64,000 bases of DNA from Bacilli bacterium (GTDB lineage Bacteria > Bacillota_I > Bacilli_A > RF39 > UBA660): the NCBI GenBank assembly GCA_035392025.1, contig DAOPMC010000001.1, positions 68 through 64,067 on the forward strand, given 5' to 3'. A program made the translations under genes and the position numbers. The notes below the pieces were generated by a model. The model searched no databases, had not been told where the DNA came from, and saw only the letters and a program-made list of their open reading frames with translations. Every line of letters begins with the position of its first letter. Positions within the stretch are counted from its first letter, which is position 1. Positions 40,722-50,325 of the stretch are shown one piece after another.

Positions 40722-43133
40722 TTAATAATTTAAGTATAAATTAGTGCTGCCATCAAAATAATCTAAATTTGCATCGCACCAAGTCTGTGTAGGCTCATTA
40801 CCAGCACCAAATGTTTTCGTTAAGTCTACTAGCAGAGCCCCATCGGCGTATGCTAGAAAACTTCCTTCCATCCCGTCGGACGCTGCCGATTGCCACCTGC
40901 CATGTGTCATTTCAAAATAAGTCATATCGCTATAATCATCAGTATCAACAACCACACTCTTTTTGACCCAACCACTACTTAATTCTGTTGATGTTAGCGA
41001 TGTAGGAAGATTCTGTGTGCTTGCCGTCCTTACTTTGAATTCCAGCGTATACGTGCCAGTTGTATTTGTAACTAATTTGTGATCTATTTTATAATAATAA
41101 ATATGCCCCGCCTCAAATGTATATGTTTGGTAGATATATGAAGAATATAAATTACTAGCCATATTCGTACAAATAGAATTACTTCCAAATCTTGAATATG
41201 AAGAAGACGTTGCTGTGTAACTTCCAACAATACTCCATCCTGTCGTACTGTCTTCAAAGCTACCATTTGTAACTATATTAGCAACCGTATATTGGATTCC
41301 ATCATCCCAGGCAGTCACTCTCTGCCCAAGAGATGTTTCGGGTCCCTCAGTGTGTATTACAGTTACATATGTACTTCCATTACTTGAAACACTTGTTACA
41401 TTATTATAATACGTTCTGCCATCTGCCCAATAATGCCATACCGCTATTTCATCTAAATTGTATGAAGATCCTAAATCGATAACTACACATTGATTACCCG
41501 TTGTGCCCTTTGCATAATTTGCACTTGTTATATCACCGTCTGTTATATTTGATATTGGATATGTTGCATCGTTTGTTATCCCTGTTGCTGTTAGTCCTTT
41601 TGCTATATTTTCTCCTTGATATATTGCCTGAAATTCTACCCACTGATTATATGTACTAGTGCTGTTACCGTTTATACAATTCTTAATATATCTAACATTA
41701 TTTAACCTTGTGTTTAATCTAGTTGGGGATGTTGTTCCTACATATGTGATTGTTGCTTTGCCATTACCAGTATTTGATTCTGAAACCATCTCAGTATCTA
41801 TAAAATATTTATTACTATAATGAATGATATCATCCGATGCCACAGTTGATGTTGAGGAAGTTATTGCATTTGCTCCTGCATATCCACTTATGAATGACGA
41901 TCCGCCAGCTGCTGAACCTACCACTGAACTTGATACATTTCCAGAAGCGCCTCCATAATATCCACCGCCTCCGCCAGCAATATACATCCATTCAGCTGTA
42001 AAGGTTGGATAATATCCACCTATTCCAAACGAACCATTATATCCAGTACCATCAGCGATAACACCTCCTAGAGTTTGAGTACCTCCGCCTGATGGCGTCA
42101 AGGTAGTTGAACCAAGTTGGGTAACGTTTCCAGAACCGCCGTAAAGGCCCCCAGCGATACCACCATTATTGAAATAAGTATTTCCATCGGATATATTGGC
42201 TCCTCCTCCTCCTCCAGCCACCATTATTCTTGAATTAAGCCCTAATTCTGAATTCCACGCTAATTGATCTGACGTTGGAGTAGTTACCCCAAAATATCTT
42301 ATATCTGTCGCTCCACCACCATTTGAATTAGTCGAAACAGTCGCTCCACTTCTAACTGCTAGTGTCCCTCTTCCGCCACCATTAAAACTTAGCGCATCTT
42401 TCGCACCAGTATAATTTTCGCCAATATATATGTATAATATTTCACCAGCATCTAGAAAAATTTTACCATTGGTATATCCACCCAGACCTCCAGTTTTTGT
42501 TAAATCACCATATGTGCTATTTCCACCTTGTGCTCCCCATGCTTCTATATTATAATATCCAGTTTTTGGCACTATAAATTGATTATAACTTCCAGTATAT
42601 GCATATTCTATATTTGAACTACTTGTTGATACGGCATAAGTATTAGCTCCTAGACTTGGAAATGAATAATCTGTTGGCAATGCTTCAACGCTAAATGTAA
42701 CCGTCGTTGATGAATCTCCCGTATTTTTTAATATTATTACTACTTGTTTTTCAGTTGTTGCCCCAATATTTCCTGATGCTATATCAAAATTAGTTAGATA
42801 TTTAGCTGTTACTGTGCCTGTTGTTGTATATATAGTCCTATATTTTAATTCCCATGGTGCATTGTTTTCAACATCTAGGCTTAAAACAATAGTTTCTCCT
42901 GCTGCAATCGTAAGACCGGTTGTTGCAGATGAAATATTTGATGTTAACGTTATTGGATTAGAAGAAATTAAGATTGCAACAGCAGCGTTTTTTTGTGTCT
43001 GCACCTCTAAAATAGCATAAGAAAAACTTGAAATTATTATTAATAATCCCAATATTATTGTCATATACATATATAAACTTTTAACTTCTTTGGTTAAAAA
43101 TTTGGCAATTTTTTTCTTCATATTTATAGCCAC
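40722..43133 (-). CDS. Large secreted/surface protein P2: TasA-like N-terminal module plus glycine-rich domain plus discoidin (F5/8 type C)-like plus CBM4/9-like domains
   Basis: N-terminal basic segment and TM (SipW-cognate-like); then a TasA-like block (ITLTSNISS...LTIAAGETIVLSLDVEN...); the 190-620 region is rich in GGGG/GGxGG runs; then a W..F.....QCVVIDLG..Y.LDEIAVWHYW segment (discoidin-like); then NGSFEDS..GW (CBM_4_9-like start). Confidence 0.55.
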   Translation of the reverse strand: MAINMKKKIAKFLTKEVKSLYMYMTIILGLLIIISSFSYAILEVQTQKNAAVAILISSNPITLTSNISSATTGLTIAAGETIVLSLDVENNAPWELKYRTIYTTTGTVTAKYLTNFDIASGNIGATTEKQVVIILKNTGDSSTTVTFSVEALPTDYSFPSLGANTYAVSTSSSNIEYAYTGSYNQFIVPKTGYYNIEAWGAQGGNSTYGDLTKTGGLGGYTNGKIFLDAGEILYIYIGENYTGAKDALSFNGGGRGTLAVRSGATVSTNSNGGGATDIRYFGVTTPTSDQLAWNSELGLNSRIMVAGGGGGANISDGNTYFNNGGIAGGLYGGSGNVTQLGSTTLTPSGGGTQTLGGVIADGTGYNGSFGIGGYYPTFTAEWMYIAGGGGGYYGGASGNVSSSVVGSAAGGSSFISGYAGANAITSSTSTVASDDIIHYSNKYFIDTEMVSESNTGNGKATITYVGTTSPTRLNTRLNNVRYIKNCINGNSTSTYNQWVEFQAIYQGENIAKGLTATGITNDATYPISNITDGDITSANYAKGTTGNQCVVIDLGSSYNLDEIAVWHYWADGRTYYNNVTSVSSNGSTYVTVIHTEGPETSLGQRVTAWDDGIQYTVANIVTNGSFEDSTTGWSIVGSYTATSSSYSRFGSNSICTNMASNLYSSYIYQTYTFEAGHIYYYKIDHKLVTNTTGTYTLEFKVRTASTQNLPTSLTSTELSSGWVKKSVVVDTDDYSDMTYFEMTHGRWQSAASDGMEGSFLAYADGALLVDLTKTFGAGNEPTQTWCDANLDYFDGSTNLYLNY

Positions 43134-43183
43134 ACATTCTACTATTCTAAAATAATCTTATCACGATATTAACCTTTTGGCAA

Positions 43184-45427
43184 TTACTTAATCACCTTTA
43201 ATTCATCAATTTTAATGTCTTTTTCTCCATCTAATAATTTCCCAAGAATGACAGAATCAATATAGTTGTCAATTATTTTATTTATCTTTCTAGCCCCATA
43301 GATGTTATATTCTGACAATCTAATTATTTCACCAACTAGTTTATTATTAAATTTAATGTTTAATTCTTCGCCCTTATAACTGTTTATTAGTAAGTTTAAA
43401 CTGTCTTTTACTATATCACTTATTATATCTTCAGTCATGTTATTAAAATATGATATATAATCCAGTCTGTTCAATATTTCAATACCTATTTTATTTTTTA
43501 AAATTTCATAATATTTTTCTTCATTAGTACTATTAAATCCTACTTTATTAATATTATTTTTAATATTAAATGTCATAATTATTATATTATTATCAAACCT
43601 TATCTCTTCCCCTTTGGAATTTTTAATTTTGCCATCATCAAGAATTTGCAAAAAAAGCTCTATAACATTTCTATGTGCCTTATCTATTTCATCCAAAAGT
43701 ATTACTGAATGTGGTTTCTCTTTTATCTCTTCTAATATATTTTTATTATCGCTATATCCAATATATCCTGGAGGAGATCCTATTATTTTGCTAATACTGT
43801 GTGCCTCTTTATATTCGCTCATATCAATTTTAATAAAATTATTTATGCCTAAAAATTCTTTAGTATATTCCTTAGCTAAAAATGTCTTGCCTGTTCCGGT
43901 TGAACCAGCAAATAAAATTGAAATTGGTTTGTTTTTTGTTCTAATATTTAAACATACTTTTTTACTTATATTTATAAGTTTATCTATTGTTGCTTCTTGC
44001 CCCTTGACCTTATCTAATAAATGTCTTCTAAGTTTAGTGGTATCATATATCATTTCATATACCGGGATCTTTGACTTGGCTTTTATCACATCCATTATAT
44101 CTTGTTTAGTAACTTCTTTAATAGTTTTATTATTGACCATTAAAATTTCTAAATTATTTATTTCATCTTCTATTTTTATTTCTTGCTCTTTATACATTGT
44201 TGCTTCTTGAAAATTATTATTAATAATCGCTTTGTTTTTCTTGTCTTTAACTAGGGCATGTTCTAAATTTAATTCTCTTATCTTGTTATTGTCTTCATTA
44301 TTTGATAATGCTACTTTTGACGATGCCTCATCCATAACATCTATTGCTTTGTCAGGCATTTTCCGATCATACAAAAATTTATCTGATAAGTAAATAATAT
44401 CGTTAATTGTATCATTACTTATTCTTACTTGGTGGAAGTTTTCATATATTGGTTTTATTTTAAGTAAAATGTCTTTCGTTTCTTCTATAGTTGGTTCACA
44501 TATATCAATTATTTGAAACCTTCTATCAAGTGCTTTATCTTCCATTATAGTTTTTTTATATTCTTCTTTAGTCGTAGCTCCGATCACTTTTATTTTGCCT
44601 CTGGCTAGTGCTGGTTTAAATATATTAGAAGCATCTATTGCGCCCTCTGCTCCTCCAGCTCCAACTAATGTATGGATTTCATCTATGAAAATGATAATAT
44701 TATTATTATTTTCTAGTTCTTTTATAATTTTGCTTACTCTATCTTCAAATTCACCTCTATACTTGGTTCCCGCTACTAAATTTGACATTGAGATCGAAAT
44801 AATTTTCTTGTTCTTTAAATTTGCGCCTACCCTATCTTCTACAATTCTTCTTGCAAGTTCTTCTACTATTGCAGTTTTCCCTACCCCTGCTTCTCCTAAT
44901 AATAGTGGATTATTTTTAGTTCTTCTGCCTAATATTTCCATTATTCTATCTATTTCTTTTTCCCTGCCTACAACAGGATCTATTTCCTTATTTATAACCT
45001 TTTTATTCAAATCAACGCCAAAAGTTTCTACATATAATTTATTATGTGTTTTAGGTTTATTAAAATCACTAACAAATTCATTATATATATCATTAATTTT
45101 AATATTCATTCCCAACATAAGTCTAATAGCGATTCCTTCTCCTTCATCAAATAATGCCAGCAAAAGATCATCAACTTCAACATAATCTTTATTTTTATCT
45201 TCACTATCACATATTGCATTATATATTATATTTTTTAGAAGAGGAGTATACAAAAAGAATTCACTTTTGATTTTTCCTAACCCAATAACTTTGATTAATT
45301 CGTTTTTAAACGTTGTATATGTAACTCCATATTTCTTAAGTTTTACTACATATTCATTGTCTTTATTCTTCAATATTGCTAGCATCAAATGCTCACTTCC
45401 AACATACGGATGGCATAATGCTTGCAT
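43184..45427 (-). CDS. clpC: ATP-dependent Clp protease ATP-binding subunit ClpC/ClpE-like (N-terminus disrupted by a frameshift; the true start is probably ATG at 45483)
   Basis: Two AAA modules (GEAGVGKTA; GSTGTGKTF) and a Clp_N repeat. The ATG at 45483-45481 with an AGGAGG RBS gives MFRNLVKKQKRF-stop, but a +1 shift at the AGAAATTT homopolymer gives MFRKFSEEAKKILINAKKEMQALCHPYVGSEHLMLAIL, which is collinear with the ClpC N-terminus. Confidence 0.8.
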   Translation of the reverse strand: MQALCHPYVGSEHLMLAILKNKDNEYVVKLKKYGVTYTTFKNELIKVIGLGKIKSEFFLYTPLLKNIIYNAICDSEDKNKDYVEVDDLLLALFDEGEGIAIRLMLGMNIKINDIYNEFVSDFNKPKTHNKLYVETFGVDLNKKVINKEIDPVVGREKEIDRIMEILGRRTKNNPLLLGEAGVGKTAIVEELARRIVEDRVGANLKNKKIISISMSNLVAGTKYRGEFEDRVSKIIKELENNNNIIIFIDEIHTLVGAGGAEGAIDASNIFKPALARGKIKVIGATTKEEYKKTIMEDKALDRRFQIIDICEPTIEETKDILLKIKPIYENFHQVRISNDTINDIIYLSDKFLYDRKMPDKAIDVMDEASSKVALSNNEDNNKIRELNLEHALVKDKKNKAIINNNFQEATMYKEQEIKIEDEINNLEILMVNNKTIKEVTKQDIMDVIKAKSKIPVYEMIYDTTKLRRHLLDKVKGQEATIDKLINISKKVCLNIRTKNKPISILFAGSTGTGKTFLAKEYTKEFLGINNFIKIDMSEYKEAHSISKIIGSPPGYIGYSDNKNILEEIKEKPHSVILLDEIDKAHRNVIELFLQILDDGKIKNSKGEEIRFDNNIIIMTFNIKNNINKVGFNSTNEEKYYEILKNKIGIEILNRLDYISYFNNMTEDIISDIVKDSLNLLINSYKGEELNIKFNNKLVGEIIRLSEYNIYGARKINKIIDNYIDSVILGKLLDGEKDIKIDELKVIK

Positions 45428-45602
45428 TTCTTTTTTGGCATTAATTAGAATCTTTTTTGCTTCTTCACTAAATTTCTAAACATAAACTAATTCCTCCTAT
45501 TATATAGTTTATGTTTATTATGAGTTTTTTATAGAATATTGATTCAACAAAAAAAGAGTTTTTAAATGAACTTGTCAACAAAAAGTGGACACTAAAAAAA
45601 TA

Positions 45603-46424
45603 TTATTTAAACCCTAGTTGAGTTCTATACTCGACTGGGGTTTTATAATTTAATGCAAAACTTGGGCGATAATTGTTATTATCCCAAACAATATTATCAA
45701 TAAATTCCTGAACTGTGTTATAATTATTCTTGTCAAAATCAATATGCATTTCTTTCTTCATCCAGCCATTTTTTGATTCGATGACTGGATTATCAGTAGG
45801 AGTTCCAGCTCGCGACATAGACCTGGTTATTTTATAAGAATTAAATATATTGTTGAATGACACTGAGGAATATACGGCTCCTTGATCTGTGTGGACAATA
45901 GTCTCAAGGTTTTCATATCCTCTTTTTATTTTACTATCTAGCATATTATTTAATGATTTCTTATGATTTAAAATGCCGTTTCCATGCATTGATTCTCTTA
46001 CGTCATAACCAACAATTTCATTATTAAAAACATCCAAATAAAAAGTCCAATCGTATGGTTTACCCTTAAAACCTATTGTTGTTGTATCAGATACAATTAT
46101 TTCGAATGGCCTTGACGTAGACCAATTACCTAAAATTATATTCTTAAATTTAATGGATTCATCTCCTGCAGGTTTATATTTATAATGTTTAGCTTTTGAT
46201 TTTATTTTTAATATTTTACATAATTTATGAACTAAATTGTTTGATACATACCATCCTGTTTCCCTTCTTATTATTGCATTAATTCTTTTATAACCATAAC
46301 TAGGTTTCCTCTTATGAATTTCTTTTATTAATTCTCCTAAATCTTTTCTGTTAATTTCATAATTGTTTAATATATCTTTATTCTTCATCCATTTATAATA
46401 TCCTGATCTTGAAACTTTTAACAT
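45603..46424 (-). CDS. IS3-family transposase OrfB (integrase catalytic core); the frame continues upstream to the frameshift site at about 46540
   Basis: rve-domain motifs (HTDQGAVYSS; D...E spacing). Upstream in the same frame reads ...EVTQIKYEIIELLSKEYNIKSLCIMLKVSRSGYYKWM, the typical OrfAB junction. Confidence 0.85.
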   Translation of the reverse strand: MLKVSRSGYYKWMKNKDILNNYEINRKDLGELIKEIHKRKPSYGYKRINAIIRRETGWYVSNNLVHKLCKILKIKSKAKHYKYKPAGDESIKFKNIILGNWSTSRPFEIIVSDTTTIGFKGKPYDWTFYLDVFNNEIVGYDVRESMHGNGILNHKKSLNNMLDSKIKRGYENLETIVHTDQGAVYSSVSFNNIFNSYKITRSMSRAGTPTDNPVIESKNGWMKKEMHIDFDKNNYNTVQEFIDNIVWDNNNYRPSFALNYKTPVEYRTQLGFK

Positions 46425-46489
46425 TATACATAAAGATTTAATATTATACTCTTTACTTAGTAATTCAATTATTTCATACTTTATCTGTG

Positions 46490-46837
46490 TTACTTCATGA
46501 ATTTTACAATTGAACCATCTCCTTTCGTTAGGTATCCTTTTTTTAATAATTCATTTTCGATTCTTAATTTCATATTTTCATATTCTAATTGTTCTTCCTT
46601 CGTTAACTCTTTTTTTCTAGAATATTTCATCAAAGGATTACCAGGCTTAGTTTTATTTTTTAAGCCTTCAATGCCAGATTCATTATACTTTTTTACCCAA
46701 TTGAAAATTAATCCAATATTAATGCCTGTTTCTCTAGAAACCTGTGATTGACTCTTTTCATTATTAATAATTGGTTTAATTATTTCATACTTTTCGTTTT
46801 CCGTTCTAATCATTTGTTTTTGACCTTTTTTAGCCAT
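46490..46837 (-). CDS. IS3-family transposase OrfA (HTH plus leucine zipper)
   Basis: 115 aa; N-terminal HTH (SQVSRETGIN), C-terminal heptad Leu repeats; ends just past the AAAAAAAG slippery site. Confidence 0.85.
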   Translation of the reverse strand: MAKKGQKQMIRTENEKYEIIKPIINNEKSQSQVSRETGINIGLIFNWVKKYNESGIEGLKNKTKPGNPLMKYSRKKELTKEEQLEYENMKLRIENELLKKGYLTKGDGSIVKFMK

Positions 46838-46932
46838 TTCATCATCTCCTTTATTAAATTATATCAAATAAAAAGTGGAAACACTTTTTTGTGTGTCCAC
46901 TTTTATATTACTACTTCATTTTTAAACTCTTT

Positions 46933-48471
46933 TTAAATTAAATACATTAATGTAAATAATATCAAGCAAACTACCAATATGCCAACAAATACTTTCCAAA
47001 TATATTTGATCCAATCTAGATATGAAGTATCTGTATATGATAATGTTGCAATTAATAATAATCCTGTAGGCATTATTAATGACATTAAACTAAATAAGCT
47101 TGTAAACATCATACCTATAAGTGGATAAATGGTAGAATCTGCAAATATTCCAGAAATGAATGTTAATTCATTTTGTGCAAAATAACCAATTTCAACATTA
47201 AATATACTATTAATCATAATTGCAAAACTTGTTGTTAATACATTAAATTTTTCAGTAATAGTTAAGAAGAAATTAGAGATATTTAAAAATACTGGATTAT
47301 AAACTGTAATAATTAGAATTGCATAAGCTACCGCAATTAATAATGCTGGTAATAATGCCTTTTTAGCACCATCTAACATTGATTTTAAATAATCACTAAA
47401 TTTGACTTTATAAATTATTGCAATAAGTATTGATGCAAGAGCGATAAGAATTGCATAGGCATCAAAACTTGCATAGCCATATGAATCAATTCCCCATGTT
47501 CCAAATGCTGGAAAATTTCCAAAAATTTTACTAAATATAGCAAAACCGCCTATTTTTACATTCATGATCTTAGTATATATGTCTTGAAACCATGTTATGC
47601 CAGCAGCTCCAGACCAATCAAATGATCCAATAATCATTATTACTAAAACTAAACTAAATACTACAATTAGTGGCCAAAGCGGAGTTTTCTTATTTTTGTC
47701 TTTCTTTTCTTTAACTCCATCATTAATAATTTTAATTCCACAATGAGGACATATCTTTGACTTGTCATCAATCTTTTTGCCACATTCTTTGCACTTAATT
47801 AGTTCTGCCTTTTTACTTGAATCTTCTTTTACTAATGCAGGTGAAGACTGTTTCTTTGCTTTTTTACCTTTTCTTACATATAGCATAGTAAATAACACTA
47901 ATAATCCTATGCCAAGTATTAATAAAATACATTTCATCAATGTTTCTGTTGCATAATTTAATGAAAGTGTAGAATTTACATTTGAGAACATACTTGCTGA
48001 ATATAATGAACCAATCATACCAACAATTGTTCCACCTAATGTTGCACCTACTGCTACGATTTTATCATAACCCATTGCCATAATTAAAGATATTAAGAAT
48101 GGGAAGAATGCAAACATCGCAAACTCTAATCCAACAAAAGATGATAAAATTGCTAATATTGCAATTATTGCAACCAAAACTAATTCTTTTCTCTTTTTAA
48201 ATTTGTTGGCAATTGCTTCAATAAACCTTTCATATACTCCTGTTGCTCCTAATACTCCATATAATGCTCCTGTTAATAAAACAAAAACCATTATGCCAGA
48301 GAAAAATCTAAATGAATAGAATACATATTGAATCATGTCATATAGCCCAAGCTGTGCTCTATCTCCTAATGATATCTCTCCAGAGTAACTAGCAGTTTTA
48401 AATACCCAGGTTAGGATAACTGCTACCAAAAATGTGATACCTAAAATTTTGAATAAACTGTTTTTCTTCAT
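46933..48471 (-). CDS. YfcC/DcuC-like family membrane transporter with an inserted cytoplasmic zinc-ribbon
   Basis: About 12 TM segments with YfcC-like blocks (...LTWV..; ...LISLIMAMGYDKI...); a central loop carries CKECGKK...CPHCG (4-Cys zinc ribbon). Confidence 0.6.
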   Translation of the reverse strand: MKKNSLFKILGITFLVAVILTWVFKTASYSGEISLGDRAQLGLYDMIQYVFYSFRFFSGIMVFVLLTGALYGVLGATGVYERFIEAIANKFKKRKELVLVAIIAILAILSSFVGLEFAMFAFFPFLISLIMAMGYDKIVAVGATLGGTIVGMIGSLYSASMFSNVNSTLSLNYATETLMKCILLILGIGLLVLFTMLYVRKGKKAKKQSSPALVKEDSSKKAELIKCKECGKKIDDKSKICPHCGIKIINDGVKEKKDKNKKTPLWPLIVVFSLVLVIMIIGSFDWSGAAGITWFQDIYTKIMNVKIGGFAIFSKIFGNFPAFGTWGIDSYGYASFDAYAILIALASILIAIIYKVKFSDYLKSMLDGAKKALLPALLIAVAYAILIITVYNPVFLNISNFFLTITEKFNVLTTSFAIMINSIFNVEIGYFAQNELTFISGIFADSTIYPLIGMMFTSLFSLMSLIMPTGLLLIATLSYTDTSYLDWIKYIWKVFVGILVVCLILFTLMYLI

Positions 48472-48539
48472 AGAAAAAACCTCCTTGTAATTTAATTATG
48501 ACACTTTTTAGATATAAAATAAAGTGAAAGTTGTGTAAA

Positions 48540-48567
48540 AAGAAAAAAAGATACAAAAAATGTATCT
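48540..48567 (-). terminator. Rho-independent terminator of lysS
   Basis: AGATACA-AAAAA-TGTATCT hairpin overlapping the lysS stop, followed on the minus strand by TTTTTTTCTTTTT. Confidence 0.5.
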
Positions 48568-50044
48568 ATTTTAGTTTCATTGTTGGAAATAAGATAACCT
48601 CTCTTATAGTTTCAGAACCAGTTAACATCATAACTAACCTATCAATTCCAATACCCATACCACCTGCTGGAGGCATGCCATACTCTAGTGCTTCTACATA
48701 ATCAAGATCCATCTCATTAGCTTCTTCATTGCCTAATTCTTTTTCTTTTATTTGAGATTCAAATCTTTCATATTGATCAATTGGATCATTTAATTCAGTA
48801 AATGCATTAGCATATTCTCCTCCAACAATAAACAACTCAAATCTTTGAGTAAATCTTTCATCTTTTGGATTTTTCTTAGCTAGTGGACTAATCTCAATTG
48901 GATAATCATATACAAATGTTGGCTCAATTAAAGTTTCCTCTACATATTTTTCAAAGAAAGCACTAATTATATGTCCCCATTCAAAGTGATCTTCTATTTC
49001 AACATTATGCTCTGCTGCTAATTTCTTGGCCTCTTCTGTATCTTTAACTTTTAGAAAATCAATGCCAGTTTGTTCTTTAATTGAATCTACCATTGAAATC
49101 CTTTTAAAACCTTTAGCAAGAGATATATTATGCCCTCTCCAAGATATTTCAGTTGTACCTAATAGTTCCATTGCTGTTGTTGAAAGAAGCCCTTCAGCAA
49201 CATCCATCATGCCCTCTAAATCACTATATGCTTTATATAACTCAATTGTAGTGAATTCTGGATTATGATTTTTATCCATTCCTTCATTTCTAAATAATCT
49301 TCCTATTTCGTAAACTGCATCCATTCCACCAACTAATAATCTTTTAAGTGGTAATTCTGTTGCAATTCTCAAATACATATCAATATCAAGTGTATTGTGA
49401 TGAGTAACAAATGGTCTAGCATTAGCCCCTCCTAGTATTGTACCAAGTACTGGAGTTTCTACTTCAACATATCCTAAGTCATCTAAATACTTTTGAATTA
49501 ATCTAATAATCTTTGGTCTCATAAAAGCGACTCTTCTGGCATCATCATTAACTATTAAATCAACATATCTTCTTCTAAATCTTTCTTCTGTATCAACTAA
49601 ACCATGATATTTTTCCGGAAGTGGTCTTAAAGCTTTAGATAGATGAGTATACTCTGTTGCTCTAATACTTAATTCTCCCATATGTGTTCTCATAACTGTT
49701 CCTTTGATACCTACTATATCACCAAGATCACCTTTATCAAACACTTCATATGCATCTTCACCAATATTGTCTATTTTCACATATATTTGAATTTGGCCAT
49801 ATTTGTCTTGAATATTAATAAATCCTGCTTTACCTTTACCTCTTTTAGTCATAATTCTTCCTGCGATAGAGACTTCGATACTTGCTTCATTTAATGCTTC
49901 TGCATCCATATCTTGATACTTTTCTTGTAGTTCTTTTGTTGTTACATCAACATTAAAACTATGACCAAATGGATCAACCCCTTTTTCTTTTAGAAAATCT
50001 AACTTTTCTCTTCTAATCAGTTCTTGTTCTGAAAAATTTCTCAT
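48566..50044 (-). CDS. lysS: Lysine--tRNA ligase (class II)
   Basis: Class II LysRS motifs ([15 protein letters not shown]). Start set at ATG 50044 (MRNFSEQE...) preceded by GAAGGAGG; the ORF-track extension MIEGGKI is a read-through of the RBS. Confidence 0.9.
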   Translation of the reverse strand: MRNFSEQELIRREKLDFLKEKGVDPFGHSFNVDVTTKELQEKYQDMDAEALNEASIEVSIAGRIMTKRGKGKAGFINIQDKYGQIQIYVKIDNIGEDAYEVFDKGDLGDIVGIKGTVMRTHMGELSIRATEYTHLSKALRPLPEKYHGLVDTEERFRRRYVDLIVNDDARRVAFMRPKIIRLIQKYLDDLGYVEVETPVLGTILGGANARPFVTHHNTLDIDMYLRIATELPLKRLLVGGMDAVYEIGRLFRNEGMDKNHNPEFTTIELYKAYSDLEGMMDVAEGLLSTTAMELLGTTEISWRGHNISLAKGFKRISMVDSIKEQTGIDFLKVKDTEEAKKLAAEHNVEIEDHFEWGHIISAFFEKYVEETLIEPTFVYDYPIEISPLAKKNPKDERFTQRFELFIVGGEYANAFTELNDPIDQYERFESQIKEKELGNEEANEMDLDYVEALEYGMPPAGGMGIGIDRLVMMLTGSETIREVILFPTMKLK

Positions 50045-50045
50045 A

Positions 50046-50300
50046 ATTTTTCCTCCTTCTATCAATAAAAAAACAACTCTTCCAAAGGACGAATTGTTCG
50101 TGGTACCACCTTAATTATATATTTAAAAATATATATCTCATATCTTTAACGGAGACTCCCGAAATATCTTATATACAATATTTAGCTCCAAGTCTTTATT
50201 CAGATAATTATCACTGTTATTTTTCACCCACCAATAACTCTCTACTAGCTAAAACTATCTTACTTGTCTCTTCTTTGCTTTTGCATGTATAGATAATAGC
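50046..50300 (-). promoter_or_regulatory. T-box riboswitch leader (Lys specifier) controlling lysS, with a candidate promoter at its 5' end
   Basis: Minus strand carries the T-box sequence AATTAAGGTGGTACCACG (plus 50100-50117) followed by a T-run terminator before the RBS; upstream stem I has an AGAGAG K-turn motif and a loop ...GGTGGGTGAAAAATAAC exposing AAA-A (Lys codon plus purine). TTGCAA-17-TATTAT promoter at about 50284-50312. Confidence 0.6.
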
Positions 50301-50325
50301 ACAAAAGATTTAATTTTGCAAGAGT

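Larger units (their letters stand above)
45575..46906 (-). mobile_element. IS3-family insertion sequence (orfA plus orfB with a -1 programmed frameshift site), about 1.3 kb
   Basis: HTH/leucine-zipper OrfA and an rve (DDE) OrfB; imperfect terminal inverted repeats AAAAGTGGACAC(T/AC)AAAAAA at about 45578-45600 and about 46888-46906; slippery A7G at 46537-46544 within the orfA 3' end. Confidence 0.7.

Noticed and set aside
40722-43133. Glycine-rich 803-aa protein as a phage tail fibre or collagen-like protein
   Set aside because: No Gly-X-Y triplet periodicity, no flanking phage genes, and the N-terminus carries the same secretion/cleavage motif as the TasA-like paralogs.
45573-45578. Outward-facing TTGACA at the clpC-proximal end of the IS3 element as a hybrid promoter for clpC
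   Set aside because: No acceptable -10 hexamer at 16-18 nt spacing downstream; kept only as a remark in the IS finding.
50045-50065. N-terminal extension MIEGGKI on lysS (and similar extensions on spo0A at 5813-5944 and clpP at 12400-12408)
   Set aside because: The extensions are read-through translation of the Shine-Dalgarno region (GAAGGAGGAAAA encodes EGGK). Canonical ATG starts with proper RBS spacing lie downstream and match the conserved protein N-termini.
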